Source: Seison nebaliae
Lineage: Eukaryota
Length of the DNA: 42,168 bases
Assembly (NCBI GenBank): GCA_023231475.1
Contig: JALJEE010000226.1
Coordinates: 62,001 to 104,168 of the forward strand
Direction: 5' to 3'
The notes under the pieces are model-generated. The model was not told the origin of the DNA, searched no databases, and saw only the letters and a list, made by a program, of their open reading frames with translations. Both the position numbers and the translations under genes were made by a program. Shown here in pieces: positions 1-12,500 of the stretch; the stretch's first letter is position 1, and each line of letters opens with the position of its first letter.

Positions 1-442
1 ATATTCCAGTTCTTTTAGCTTGAGCTCGTCCTTTTTTCGTTAATTTTCTTTTTTCATCATTCTCTCTATAATGATATTGGCCGTGTCGAATCAAATAAAT
101 CGTATGTTTTCCTTTATTCGAACGATAATTTCCCCAATGAGGTTCAAATTTTATAGTATTCTTTGAGAAATTTCCAATTTGCTCAGATATCGGAAATTTT
201 GGAGATTCGATAGGGCATTCATCATATGACCAACAAACTGGTGATGGTACATCATCCAAAGGGAACCAGTCATTCGATATCAGATGATCAGTATCACAAT
301 GATAAGATGATGGATTTCTAAAAGGGAAATATGTATTTAAACTTTCTATCTTGAGTAAATTAGTGTAAAGGAATACCAAAGCGAGAAAGATTGCCATTGG
401 TAAAAAAAAATAAAAAACAATTGAAATCTTTCGAATTCTCAT
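1..442 (-). CDS. PGAM5: PGAM5-like histidine phosphatase (PGAM family), 5' part; runs off the window edge
   Basis: Open frame from ATG at 442 to position 1: MRIRKISIVFYFFLPMAIFLALVFLYTNLL...FEPHWGNYRSNKGKHTIYLIRHGQYHYRENDEKRKLTKKGRAQAKRTG. The IYLIRHGQY...LTxxGRxQAxxTG pattern matches the PGAM5 catalytic RH motif region, and there is an N-terminal hydrophobic anchor. May be a paralogue rather than the orthologue. Confidence 0.8.
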   Translation of the reverse strand, partial: MRIRKISIVFYFFLPMAIFLALVFLYTNLLKIESLNTYFPFRNPSSYHCDTDHLISNDWFPLDDVPSPVCWSYDECPIESPKFPISEQIGNFSKNTIKFEPHWGNYRSNKGKHTIYLIRHGQYHYRENDEKRKLTKKGRAQAKRTGI

Positions 443-1604
443 TTCGAGTCGAATATCGATTTACATTTTATTCACACTCATTTTATAACAACTTCTGAAA
501 TTATATTATATTCATTTTCTTATAAATTTCCCATTATATTGAATGAATTAAAAAAGTTAGATGAAATGATTAATATTAATATCATTCCATTCCACTTCAC
601 TAGTCTTCGTCGATGAGGAATTTGTTGTGATTAATTATTATTAACAATCTCCATTAGATATTAATTTGATATTCGTTAAAAAGGAATTGAGCAGAAGTTC
701 TTGTATATCTCCTCCTAATTACATAAGAGAAGGATATTATTTTCATATACTTAATATGATTCGTCTATGAGCGGAAGATGATATTTCTGCTTATTTTTAT
801 ACGTTCCGATCATTTCAATAAGATAATGTAGTCAACTGAATAAACAATGGGAGGATAGTTAAAGAGGAAATGTTCGAAGATTTCGAAGGAATTTCTCAGT
901 TTTCAATTCCTCCAAATTCTTTCAGTCTATTAACAACTAATTAACCTTGACGTATTTGTCATATTTCTCATTGTTATATTCCCAATGAGAAGTGGGAAAT
1001 AAACCAACTAATTCGAACCGTTAGACGTTAATGGATCGATTCGATTCGAGTAGGCAATCTGGAGAAATTTCCAGATTATTTGAAGTTGGAATAAGGAAAA
1101 TAGCTGATGGGACGTGATTTTTCAATTATTTGCACACAACTGTGTCCCTCACAAAAAATTACCGTTCATTTAACTCTTTCACCTGCTTCAATTACACTCT
1201 TTTCCTCTCCGTTACCGTGAACATACAAAAAATTCATTTGGAATAAAGTAAATTGGACTGGAGCACTTTTGATTTGTAGGAACAATGGACATTATGATTA
1301 TTTGAAGTTGCCTTCAACTGAAGCGAGTAACCTTCAATTAGCATGATGTATGATGAAATTGTTTATTTAATTTTCACAAACTTCGACTTATCGGAAGTTC
1401 CCGCATTCCGATTCTTATGTGGCACCAAAGAAAATATTGAAAATTTTTCAGTATAACTTTTTCCTATTGAATTAGGAGACGGAAACTTGCCTCTGTATGT
1501 GCAGGAGAAGAATAAATGTTCTATTCTTATGATAATTCTAATAGAACATAAGAAAATTCCGTTTCTTCTTGAAATCGTGTAGTACACAATCCTTCGTGTA
1601 TATA

Positions 1605-1625
1605 TGTGTTTGTGTGTGTGTGTGT
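1605..1625. repeat. (TG)n microsatellite
   Basis: TGTGTTTGTGTGTGTGTGTGT. Confidence 0.8.
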
Positions 1626-2417
1626 CGTGTGAGTGCGGGGCAAGTCGCTTATAATATAATTATCGTTCTACTCTGCTGATATAGAGAAATAAGATTGGTC
1701 TATTATTATTTTATTTTGTTGGGAAGGAATGAAAAAGAATAATAAGGAGAAAAATAAACGAAATAAAACGAAAGTTGCAATATCGTCATTGAGCTATTTC
1801 TCACGGTTATATTAATAGGTACCATCACTTACTTCTACGAGGTGTTCGTATATATCACATACGGTTACAGTAACTAACTGAATATTAATTAATTGGAGAA
1901 TGGGAGAATTAATTCGTACGTTACATATCGAAAAATGTAGGGAGCATTATACATCTCTAAAGAGTATTACGGTCATTTAAGTACGTTTATGTTCGTCAAT
2001 TTCAAATTGAATTTTATTAATTCGATAAATAAATAAGAAAATCTCCATTATCCTTATAATAACGGAATAACATTAAATTAATTTATATCATCATACAATG
2101 CTATTATATGGAAGAACGTAGCTATTTTCTGTTACAACATTAAATTTTCCTTCTCATTCTTTCAGATGAATAAATAAATCTCTTTCTTATTCTTACGATT
2201 ATTATGTCCCAAACTAACCAACAATTATTATTCAATTCAATTTGTTTCATATATGAAACTATAGTTAGTAATCGATTAATTTGTTTATTTTCTTCATCAA
2301 ACTTCATTTTGAAATTTCCCATCATTTTCAATTCGAATTCATCATTCGAATTGTTTCATTAAATTTCTCCTCAACAATCTCGATGTCTGTGAGGACATCA
2401 CATGTCGAACCAATTGC

Positions 2418-2443
2418 ATCATCATCATCATCATTATCATCAC
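2418..2443. repeat. (CAT)n microsatellite
   Basis: Imperfect CAT run; another at about 6438-6460. Confidence 0.8.
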
Positions 2444-2960
2444 CATGATCGAAATTATCGAAATGATAAAATTTATAAATGAAAAACATAAAAATTTTTT
2501 AAACAAATTCTTTCGAAACAATTAGTAATTTGGGAGTGGGAGGCAATTTGAAAGACAAAGCAACTTCTTTCTATTCAACTAATCTACCGCCTCCTTCACT
2601 CGATTACTCATATTCACTCTGATCTCAACACAACCATTCCGACGGTCGTTATCATCGTTCCCCGTCGACAGTTGTTGATGTTCAACAGTAATATATCAGA
2701 AGAACAGTAAACACCTCAATCGTTGGAAAGTGATGAGCTGATATGAAAACAACGGATTGATTTCGTTAACTGACTGTTTTGTTGGAATTAATTATGAAAT
2801 GTTTGACTTGAAAAACGGATTTCCCAAAATGAGTTGTCGATGATAACGGTTCTCTGACATCAGTCACCTTCTGGAAGAGATTGCACAACCAGCCGTTACA
2901 AAATGATTGTAGAATTTGATTATTATTGCGAAAGGAGACTATTGAAGGACAAATTTAAAA

Positions 2961-3534
2961 GTAAGTAGTCTACTAATATTCATGTGCTGTCATGTTGATA
3001 TATGCATGAATATGTGAAATATTCTCCGGGTGGTATGGGAGATCGCAACATGCCTCCCTACTTTCTCCCCTAAATCGATGTGCATTAAAGAAATGAATCA
3101 ATAAATATCATTCCTCTCCAAAAAAAAAAGAACTTCCAAGTCAATGCCATTTTAACAGAATGTGTGATGTTCCAGTGGAGAAGTGTTATCGATTTCCGGA
3201 CCTGATGACGGAAAATAAGTCTTATTCATAACACACAAATAGGAGGAAAACAAAAGTATTATATCTTTTATGTATATTGTTATATCCAAGAGAATTTATT
3301 CCAGTCCATTATGTAAATGGCACTACATGGCTACTTCTATTCATTTCATTTATTTTCCTCCCAAAACAAAACATCTTTCATGTTTGGCAAATCTCAACGG
3401 ATTCTTCCAACGGGAATTCCTTCAATTCCCAAGAACATTTCTTTTAATTATCTCCGATTCATTTGGATTTGAAAGAGAATCTGAAAGAAACATGTCTAAA
3501 TGATTAATTCCTCTTATTTTCCTTCTCATTTCAG
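2961..3534 (+). other. Possible 5'UTR intron of the giant plakin-repeat gene
   Basis: GTAAGT donor at 2961 and pyrimidine-rich CCTTCTCATTTCAG acceptor ending at 3534; flanks are non-coding. Confidence 0.3.
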
Positions 3535-4568
3535 ATCTCAATCCATCATTCGGAAGAGCTTGTAACCAGTAACACTTTCCAATATTTCCATAAAATTCAG
3601 TAACAAAAATATTATTATCCCAAGAAATTTCAACGGATGTTGTTTAAGAACGTGAAGAAAAAGACAATCTACTCGAAAACCTCAATAAAGAATCGGTCAA
3701 CAAACTCTTTCACATTACAAAGAAGAAGAAGAAGATATCTTCGTTAACATCTATTATCATATTTAATATTCAGAATATATCATCTTCAATATCACTCACA
3801 AAAAAAAAACGTACCGGAAGAAGTATAGTTCGTTTGAAAGTTTTCTCCGTCAACATTTCATAAAAGAAGCGACAAAACATTACGACTATTCTTCTTCTTT
3901 AATGCTATAACTCTCTTCAAAAAAAAGGCAAAAAGGAAAACTATTGATATTCGAAATATTCTTTTCTTTTACTTCAAAAAAAAAAACAATACTTTATATC
4001 GAAACCAATCTTTCTCGCTACAAATTTAATATTCAACAATATTGCTTAATCTACAATTTCAACTTTCTCACGCAATTCCCATTTTAAGAATAAGGATTTT
4101 ATTTTATTCGTCACAAATCTTTTCTTTCGAGAATCATTCAATGCTTCAGCCTGGTTAGTCATCTGATATTTTATCGATTGCTTAACGAAACTATTCTAAA
4201 CTCAATTTCCCAATTGAATTTTCATTAACTCTACACGTTCTCTCTCTAATTGTCGAAGTAAACGTCGAGTGAAGTAGACCAGACACATCCCAACTCATAT
4301 GAAACAGAGTCGTTCTTGAATTTGACGTCAAGAGTTTGATCGTTTGACAATAATTAGTTTTTCCATTAGAAAAGGTATTTTCACCATTATTAAGACGATA
4401 TGATGATGATATCGATAAGATTAACCATAACAATCTTAAAACATTAATTTCGACCATCCATCATTCGTATCGTTAAAATGATCTTGGAAATTCTACGTGA
4501 GAGTTTATTCCACCAATTCTTTAACGGGATGTCAATATAAACAGTCTCATATATTGATTTATTGGAAA

Positions 4569-4585
4569 GAGAGAGAGAGAGAGAG
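4569..4585. repeat. (AG)n microsatellite
   Basis: AGAGAGAGAGAGAGAGA; a (CT)n run also occurs at about 38303-38320. Confidence 0.8.
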
Positions 4586-4889
4586 ACCATCAAATTTTCA
4601 CGATAAAGTATCGAGAAATTCCGTCATTATGGTTCTCTCTGAACATTAAGCGAAAAAATAAAAACATCGTTTTTAACACTGTTGTAGTCGAAGGTCAAGG
4701 AATATTTATAATATTATTCAGTTTCAATTCATTATCACTATTCATTCTCCATTTCTACTTTGTCCTTTTTATTTTTCAATTAACTTTTTTTTTTTCATAA
4801 AATCATATCGAGATTCGTTTTATTAAAAACATTAAACAACCATTAATTACATTTTTAGATTTTATTCTAGTTAGTAATGTCAATCGTCA

Positions 4890-5126
4890 ATGGACAAAGT
4901 GAAAACGAGAAAACAATTAAGAAGCAACAATAGTAGTTCAACAGCGAGCACCGATACTCGAAATATTGAACGTCCAATATCATCTGGTATCAGTAATATT
5001 TGGAATTACATTCGAGGTACACTTGCTTACGAAGCGGAAGCAGAAGAAACATTTTCAACTTCATCAACCGATTCATTATCGTCAGATAAGGGGAATAGTC
5101 GACGTAAACAATATCCATCAACGAGC
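4890..5126 (+). CDS. Candidate first coding exon (isoform A) of the giant plakin-repeat gene
   Basis: ATG 4890, 79 codons (MDKVKTRKQLRS...RRKQYPSTS), phase-0 GTTAGT donor at 5127; TTTTTAG acceptor ending at 4858. Confidence 0.55.
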
Positions 5127-5401
5127 GTTAGTTTATCTCATTAAATCTTCTCTGAAAGACGAATGGAGTGGATAATTGATAATGTTAAGAAAATATAAAT
5201 ATAAATGAGTAAAAAGAAATAGAATTCCCATTGAGAAATCATCAGTAGCCGATTATGATTCATTAACTATTGTCTTAAATGCATAGTGATTATATAATTC
5301 TGATATTTTACAACATAAATACAGTTGCCCATTCTCCATTTGCATCTTCACATCTCCCATTCTCTTTTTATCTAATTCTATTATTTTCTTCCTTTTTGAA
5401 G

Positions 5402-5482
5402 GTCGTTATCGACGGAAAATATATTTATCCAGTTCCCAGAATATCTAATCTTAACAGATCAATCATCGAAGAAGCTGGTGAA
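5402..5482 (+). CDS. Candidate second exon (27 codons) of the giant plakin-repeat gene
   Basis: TTCCTTTTTGAAG acceptor ending at 5401; VVIDGKYIYPVPRISNLNRSIIEEAGE; GTTTGA donor at 5483; phase 0-0, compatible with both 5126 and 9571. Confidence 0.45.
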
Positions 5483-7811
5483 GTTTGACGATTTTCTCTT
5501 GTTTCACTCAATTTCTCATTAACATCTCATTCCCGTTAACGATGTGACAATTATTTGTTTTATTGCTCAGTGAGTTGGGGGGAGAGCGATTGCTTTTGAA
5601 CTTGCCACTAAATTCACTTTTGATTGTACTTTCCTTCTCCTAACCGTCAATTATTTACTTCTTACATTCTTCTAATCACGAAATCATTACTACTTATTTT
5701 TAGTAACAACAATAGGAATTCAAATATTTCGAAAAGAATTTTCATCCCGTTTTTGTCGATTTATGATGTTGACAAGTCGAATTAGACCGCAAGTATTCCG
5801 AAGAGAAAAGTAGATTATCTGATCATTAACTTGATTAATATGGTGAGTTGATATCATTAATCTTCTTCAGATTACTATAAGCAGAAAAAGAAATATCTTC
5901 TCGTTGTCATGACAACCTCATTTAATGATTAATAGTAAACAAATATTTAGTCATATGTTTAGTTTCAAGTATTCTTTCGTTTATTCAATCAATTATTTAT
6001 CCGAATGTGACTCCGTGACGATGGAGAAAATTCTCTAGAATATGAATCGTTTATAGTCGAATAATTGTTAAGTTAATTATGTTCAACTGAATGAATGGAT
6101 AAATAGATGGATGGCTAAATGTATATATAAACAGGTAAACGGAAACGAATAAACAACTTTCTTCTCAACACAAATCTACAAACAGAATTGAGAACAGAAT
6201 TAAATAGTGCGTGATATGAAATCCCATTTAATTTTCTTAACGAAAAACTAGCCGATAGAAATCGAAATTTAAATGACTAATATGTTTAACACTTTCGTTC
6301 CATAACAACCGACTAAACTCCGAACAATTAACGTTAATAATAGGATTTGTTCTGATACTTTTCTTCTCTAGTCGAAATCATATGTTCTTGCAATTTACAC
6401 CATCGAATGTTCGATTTGAAAAGTTACTCTCTCCACAATCATCATCATCATCATCATCATAGTAGTCATAGGTAAATTTAGTAATTAAATTCAGATGTTG
6501 CTTCCATCGAACTCTTCATGATTTGTTGATTTGAAAGTTCTTTTAATTTCAAACAATTCATTCTCCAATAGAGAAGTAGTTGATGAATCGAAATTTATTA
6601 TATGTAGGAATTTGATGGATGAATTAATAGAGGATGTCATCTATTTATTCGTCTGTTCGACGAATTAATCAATTTCATAAAATCATTCAATTCAACATCT
6701 GTCTTTCAACTTATTCATTATTTGGCAATGAACATCATACATGTATTATAGTTACATTAAGACGATAATTGAGTGTTCTCATAACAATAACACTTAGGAA
6801 ATTGATTATGAAATAATATTATCTCCAAAAATCAATTGAATTATTTCGGGAGAAATATGAAGAGAATTTTAGGTAGAACGCACAATACTCATCATCATAC
6901 GACAATACTTATCGCATAAATTATTATGCGGAATAAAGAACGGAAAAGCATTTTATCCAGTTCTTTTCTCTCAATACACGATGATTTATTATGATATAAT
7001 TCTATTATTTATTCAGCGTCATGATCAAGAGGAGAAGAATTGGATCATTCATGTGAATTGACTAATGTAAGTTGGATGAATGTAGAAATTAAAATAATTC
7101 ATTTATTTCCTTCAGATTACGTTGTGCACTTATGTGCTTTCCCCCTCATCTCTAATGTCATCTGCATATAAGCACCAGTTATATCTTCATCATTCGTCTG
7201 CAATGAGAGAAGTGGCAAATGCTCTCATATTTATTTTAATGTTAGTCCGTAGAACTATGTCTTCTTTTTTCTACTCATCCATCAAATGATATGTACAACT
7301 GACTTAAAAATTTCATTATAATAGAAATATAGACAAATAAAAGAAAATAAAACATTTTATAGAATTAATGTAACGAATGCATATGATGTGATAAGTGTTG
7401 TGGAAGTAACATAAGAATTATTTTTCTCATTCAAATCGAGAAAGAAAGAGACACGAAGGAATGACGAACCAATTCACTCCGACAATAATGTTCGTGTAAT
7501 ATAGACGGAATGAAAGAAAATTCCCATATACATCTTAATGTCTTCTCCATGTCCATACCACTTTCTTATGTCATATTTGAATGTGCATGTGGAAGAGACG
7601 TGTATGTCTATTCTCAATCTTCCGCCCATTCACGTAGGCATAGAAACGTAAGCCGTTGAATACATGGAAGGATATATTCACCTCCTCGCTACTTGAAAGA
7701 AGGTTGAAATACACGTACATAAATACATAGCTCGATTGTACATGTGCATATGCATGTATAGAAGTTGACATATATACATGTATATCAACATTATATATTT
7801 TTTTATGTTTT

Positions 7812-7863
7812 TTATATATATATATAAATATAAATATATATGTATGTATGTGTGTGTGTGTGT
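7812..7863. repeat. Compound (TA)n/(TG)n microsatellite
   Basis: TATATATA...TATGTATGTGTGTGTGTGT. Confidence 0.8.
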
Positions 7864-8953
7864 ATGTTTTACTTTATTTTTTTAGCTTCTGGTGTAATAT
7901 TATGTTATTGGGTAACATCACAAAGTTACAGATATTGAATGTTTCTTAAAAAAGAAGAAAAATTGATGAGTTTCATTCTCCTCCACTTCCTGAAACTAAA
8001 CTCATAATCAGACAACAGTCAAAAAAGGAACGATCAACATGATAATGGAAAGTTTCAAGGGAAAAACTTGTCAAAATTGAACTATTCTAATAGATTTCCC
8101 CATTACATATGAGTGTGTATGAAAGTAGCCTGAAGTTCTCTTATTTATCGCTTCCTTTCTATCCCTACAAAGAGAACAGAGGTCGTTCGCTGTCTTTTCT
8201 AGAAGATCCTGTGCTACTCGTTGAGGAAAAGATAGAGAATATATTCTCGTAATAAATTCAATTAAATTATTCATTCTTCTTATTCTTCTCGAACATTATT
8301 TACGTTATTCCTCTTCATTTCTTCCCTCATTCCATGCTCATTCTTATCACAATACATCACATATTCATTATGAATGTCCGTGATCATGAATTCTTTCACA
8401 CAATTCGACGATACGTATCCATGATCGACGTCATAAAACATAATAAATTATTTATTCGTAACGGGAAATCTGTTGTGTTAAATGAACGGTTGGAAAATGA
8501 GTGTGTGGAGAGACAGTTCCGAAATTGATCTCGAACGTCTTTGTTTGATGATTCGATGAAATTGATAATTTCGCTTTATGCATCTCATATGGAGAATGAA
8601 TGACTGAATGAATGAATGAATTGTTGCGAGTCGAATGAATAATATGATAGGAGAAATAACGATTGTAATAATTGATGAGTCTCATTTCATCTCACAATTA
8701 ATCATTCATTCATTCATTAATTATTATTATTATTTCATTTCTATCTAAATTTCTACTTTTAAAATTTCTGATATTCGGAAAATTTTCTTCGGATTCATTT
8801 TTTCTTAAAATTTTCCGAAAAAATGATTTTTTTTTTTAAATTCCGAAAATTATTTTCTTTTTCTCAATGAAAGATTTTTGTTTCTTTTGGGATTGGGACG
8901 AATGTATGAAACATATTCATCTCAACATTAATTAATTGATTAATTGAAACAGA

Positions 8954-9049
8954 ATGGGACGGGATTGTAATAAGAATGAGAGAAGCCAAACGGCATCGGA
9001 TAGTTTTAGAAACGGAAAGAGGAAATGGCGACTACCTCGTCCCTTCAAA
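8954..9049 (+). CDS. Candidate alternative first coding exon (isoform B) of the giant plakin-repeat gene
   Basis: AAACAG acceptor ending at 8952, ATG 8954, 32 codons (MGRDCNK...WRLPRPFK), phase-0 GTTAGT donor at 9050 matching the phase-0 acceptor at 9570. Confidence 0.5.
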
Positions 9050-9570
9050 GTTAGTTTGATCAAAATATTTTTTCCATCCACTCATCATAACGTTCTCATC
9101 GATAATACTTCACATATCCATGCCATGAATAGGATGTATGATAAAATGCTTCTTCTTCTTTGATTCCTTCATTTAATTTATCTCAAAATATTTAACTTCC
9201 AATTCGTCCAACAACACTAATGATAATATTAGTTATAATAAAATTGAATAAGATTGAAGAAGAAAGATATCATATTTACATAAGATCTTCTTCTTCCGTT
9301 TCTTTTATTTTTTGTTAGGAGAGAATTGAAAAAAGGAAAAGATAATTCAACATTTCTCTAACAAACGATAAAAATTCCTCATTGTTATTTAATTAATTAA
9401 TAATTCTATTAATCATTCACTGTGGATATGAACGAAATCCTTCTAACAATCTCTCTCATTCGTCGATCGTTTCCTGCTTTCGAGAATGAAAAGTAAATAA
9501 CATCTTTCTTCACATCTATTCCTCACCAAAACATCTTTTCATTCTTTTATTTCTCTTCTCATTCATTTAG

Positions 9571-12500
9571 TCGACGAAAGAGGTCGTCCTACCGTCATCA
9601 ACAGGAAATTCGTTTGGTGCCGTCCATTTAACATCTGGTATGATATCACCCAGCAATTGTTCCGACGGGAAAAATGGTCAGGTATACGCGACGAATTCAT
9701 TCAACGATCGACCATCATCAATGGCCGTTATTGATGAGAGAACGAAAGAGTATGGACGTACTTCAATATCATCAATAAAATCATCAGGAACAGGAATGTC
9801 CAGTACGTCGATACAAACGTCACGGAAACGTCATCGAGATTTATTGAAAGCACTCGATATCCGTAAATTTCATTTGAATATTTATAATCATGTCAATTGT
9901 ATCAGATTGAAAAAGAAGGATATGAAACTTCGTCCAATTAATCGGAAGAAAGACACGTCATCACAAATAGCGACGATTTGTATTCCGAAAGATGTTGTAG
10001 GAATTGAATATGATAAAAATGAAGCACTCGTACCATTAACATCACATGATTTCTTTTTTATCGGTCTATTCGAGAACATCTTTCATATCCCTTTTAACGA
10101 CATCTCCAACGTCAGTTATGCCACATATTGTTCGACGAAGAAAATGGAAGAAAATGGTGATACTGAAAATCATCTCCAGAAATTATTAGATGTGAAAGAT
10201 AGTGGTCTAAAACGGAATAAAGAAATGTTATCATTGAATAATGGTGAACAATTAGGTGTGATTAATCCGATAACTGGAAGATATGATAAGAAACAAATTA
10301 AATTGAATGAGAATGACAAAATACGTTTCAATTTATTGACAGCGTCTCATTTGGTTGAAGAGCCCGAATATTTTTCATTAAATAATTCGTCAAGATATGA
10401 TTTTAATACGCCATTATCACATTACGCATTTCCCATCAGTTTGGTGGAAGCATGTCAATTAGGATTATTAATTCCGGGCGAATGGCAACAAGATATGAGC
10501 CATCCCAATGAGATATTTGATGATTCGATTTTGAATCCGGTCGATGGTAAATTCTATTCATTAAATACAGCGTTAAATATGAATCTGATTAATCGAACGA
10601 TCCCTCAAATATTCTTCGAAGACAAATTGATATCGATTGATTTGGCAATTCGAGAGAAATTGATCGATGGTGATCGATGTCGATTTATCGGTTTCTCTCA
10701 AGATCTTCCAATCGTCTCTGCCATTCATCATGGATTTATTGCTCAACCATTATTATTAGCTGAAGCGATCGAATATGGAATTGTCTCTCCAATGACGAGG
10801 AATAATTTCGTGGAGAAACAAGAACAACAATCTCCATGTTGTATGAGCGGTTCCATCAGATCGACATTAATGGAATCATGTGAAGCGATGAACATTATTT
10901 TCACTCTCACCAATCCGTGGAGTGGGAAAGTGATGAAGATGAATACGGAAGAGTATATGGCTAACGGATTCCTCGATATGACGACATGTCAAATATTAGA
11001 TTGTCAAAATGAACAATCTTATTCATTGAGCGATGGCGGACTCTCATACATTCATCGTTTACTCAATAAAGAAATTGATGGGAGCAAAGCCAATTTGTTT
11101 ACACTTATTACTGAAGAGAAAATTCGTCTATTACATCGAACGATTCGTTTGACTGGCGCTTTCTTCCGTACTTCCGATCTTAACACACAAGTTCGATGGA
11201 TGTCTTTATCGGAGGCTTTAAAAAAGAAACGAATCGATCTCTCTAATAATCGAGTATTGAATCAAGATTTGAAAATTTGGGAGAATACAAAGAAATATGA
11301 TCTACTCGATTATATTCTCAATCGACGTATACCAGTGACGTCGTTGAAACCGAGGAAACATGCGAAAACGGAAACCGTCGAACAATTATTTATTTCTCAA
11401 CATCTCGATTTATCAACGAATGAATTAGTTGGTTTCTATAATCAGAAATCAATTCAATTAGAAGATGCTCTTATCAAAAAATATATTAATGCTAATGATT
11501 ATGTCACATTAAAATCGTTAGAGTGTCGAATCGTCAGACAACAATTACCATATCTTATGGGAATTTCCGTTATCGAGAATGTTCCCTTCTCTCCTTTCAC
11601 TTTCCATCTATACAAGAAATTCATCGAAACAACAATGAACAATTCAATTTCGCCCTTACCCAAATCAATTCATTTACAAGACAATCATCCGGAAATTAAT
11701 GACGATGCAATTCCAATTCCAGTGATTCATGAAAAAGATTCAAAAGAAGATTTGAAGAAGAGAATTGTCAATTATAAATGGTCATTTGTCCGATCAGAAA
11801 ATGAACCAAATTCCATCAATTCATGGCAAATTGCAAAAGTGACCTACATCGATCAAATGTCGATAATTTTATTCACCGTCGTACGATATCCATATCGTGG
11901 TCTGATTGATGGAAAGTTGACAGAGGACGGATTGATAGACGACGGAAAACTACTACCGAAGAAGAATATCGAAAATATCCATTTTCCTTGTGAATTGACA
12001 ATTGGACAAATGTATCATTCCGATCTTATCAACGACCATTCGAGTGACAGTGAAATATTTTTAAAACTTCTCCAGAATAATTTGATTAATCGTCAATTGG
12101 TGCATGTTAGAGTGAATAATGACAAATCGAATTCAAAACAAATCGAAAACGACTCGACGATATTAAATATCGATGAATTGATCGAAAAGAAATTTCTGTC
12201 GACGAATGGAAGATTCCGTTTGAATGATAATGAATTCGTTCTTCTCAACACAGCATTACGTTCGAAACAATATGAGATTATTGATAATTATCCGATTATT
12301 GAGAGAATTCATTGTTATACATTCGCCTGTCGATATTCGGATGAAGTGAAAACTTTCGTCGATTCATTGACCATACCATATTTGAATGATGATAAAACGA
12401 AAATTATTCAAGTTCAAGAGAAATCTCATGAATATGTCATCTTTCCACATGATGCACCATTCATTCCTGATGAAGTGATTCATCGAGAAGTTCTTCCCAA

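Noticed and set aside
2730..3215. C/D-box-like and hammerhead-like words (GTGATGA, CTGATGA..GAAA)
   Set aside because: No terminal stems, wrong spacing and no stem II; expected by chance.
443..8900. Short ORFs of 60-90 aa in the upstream region, other than the two candidate exons
   Set aside because: No recognisable motifs, AT-driven composition and no consistent splice chain.
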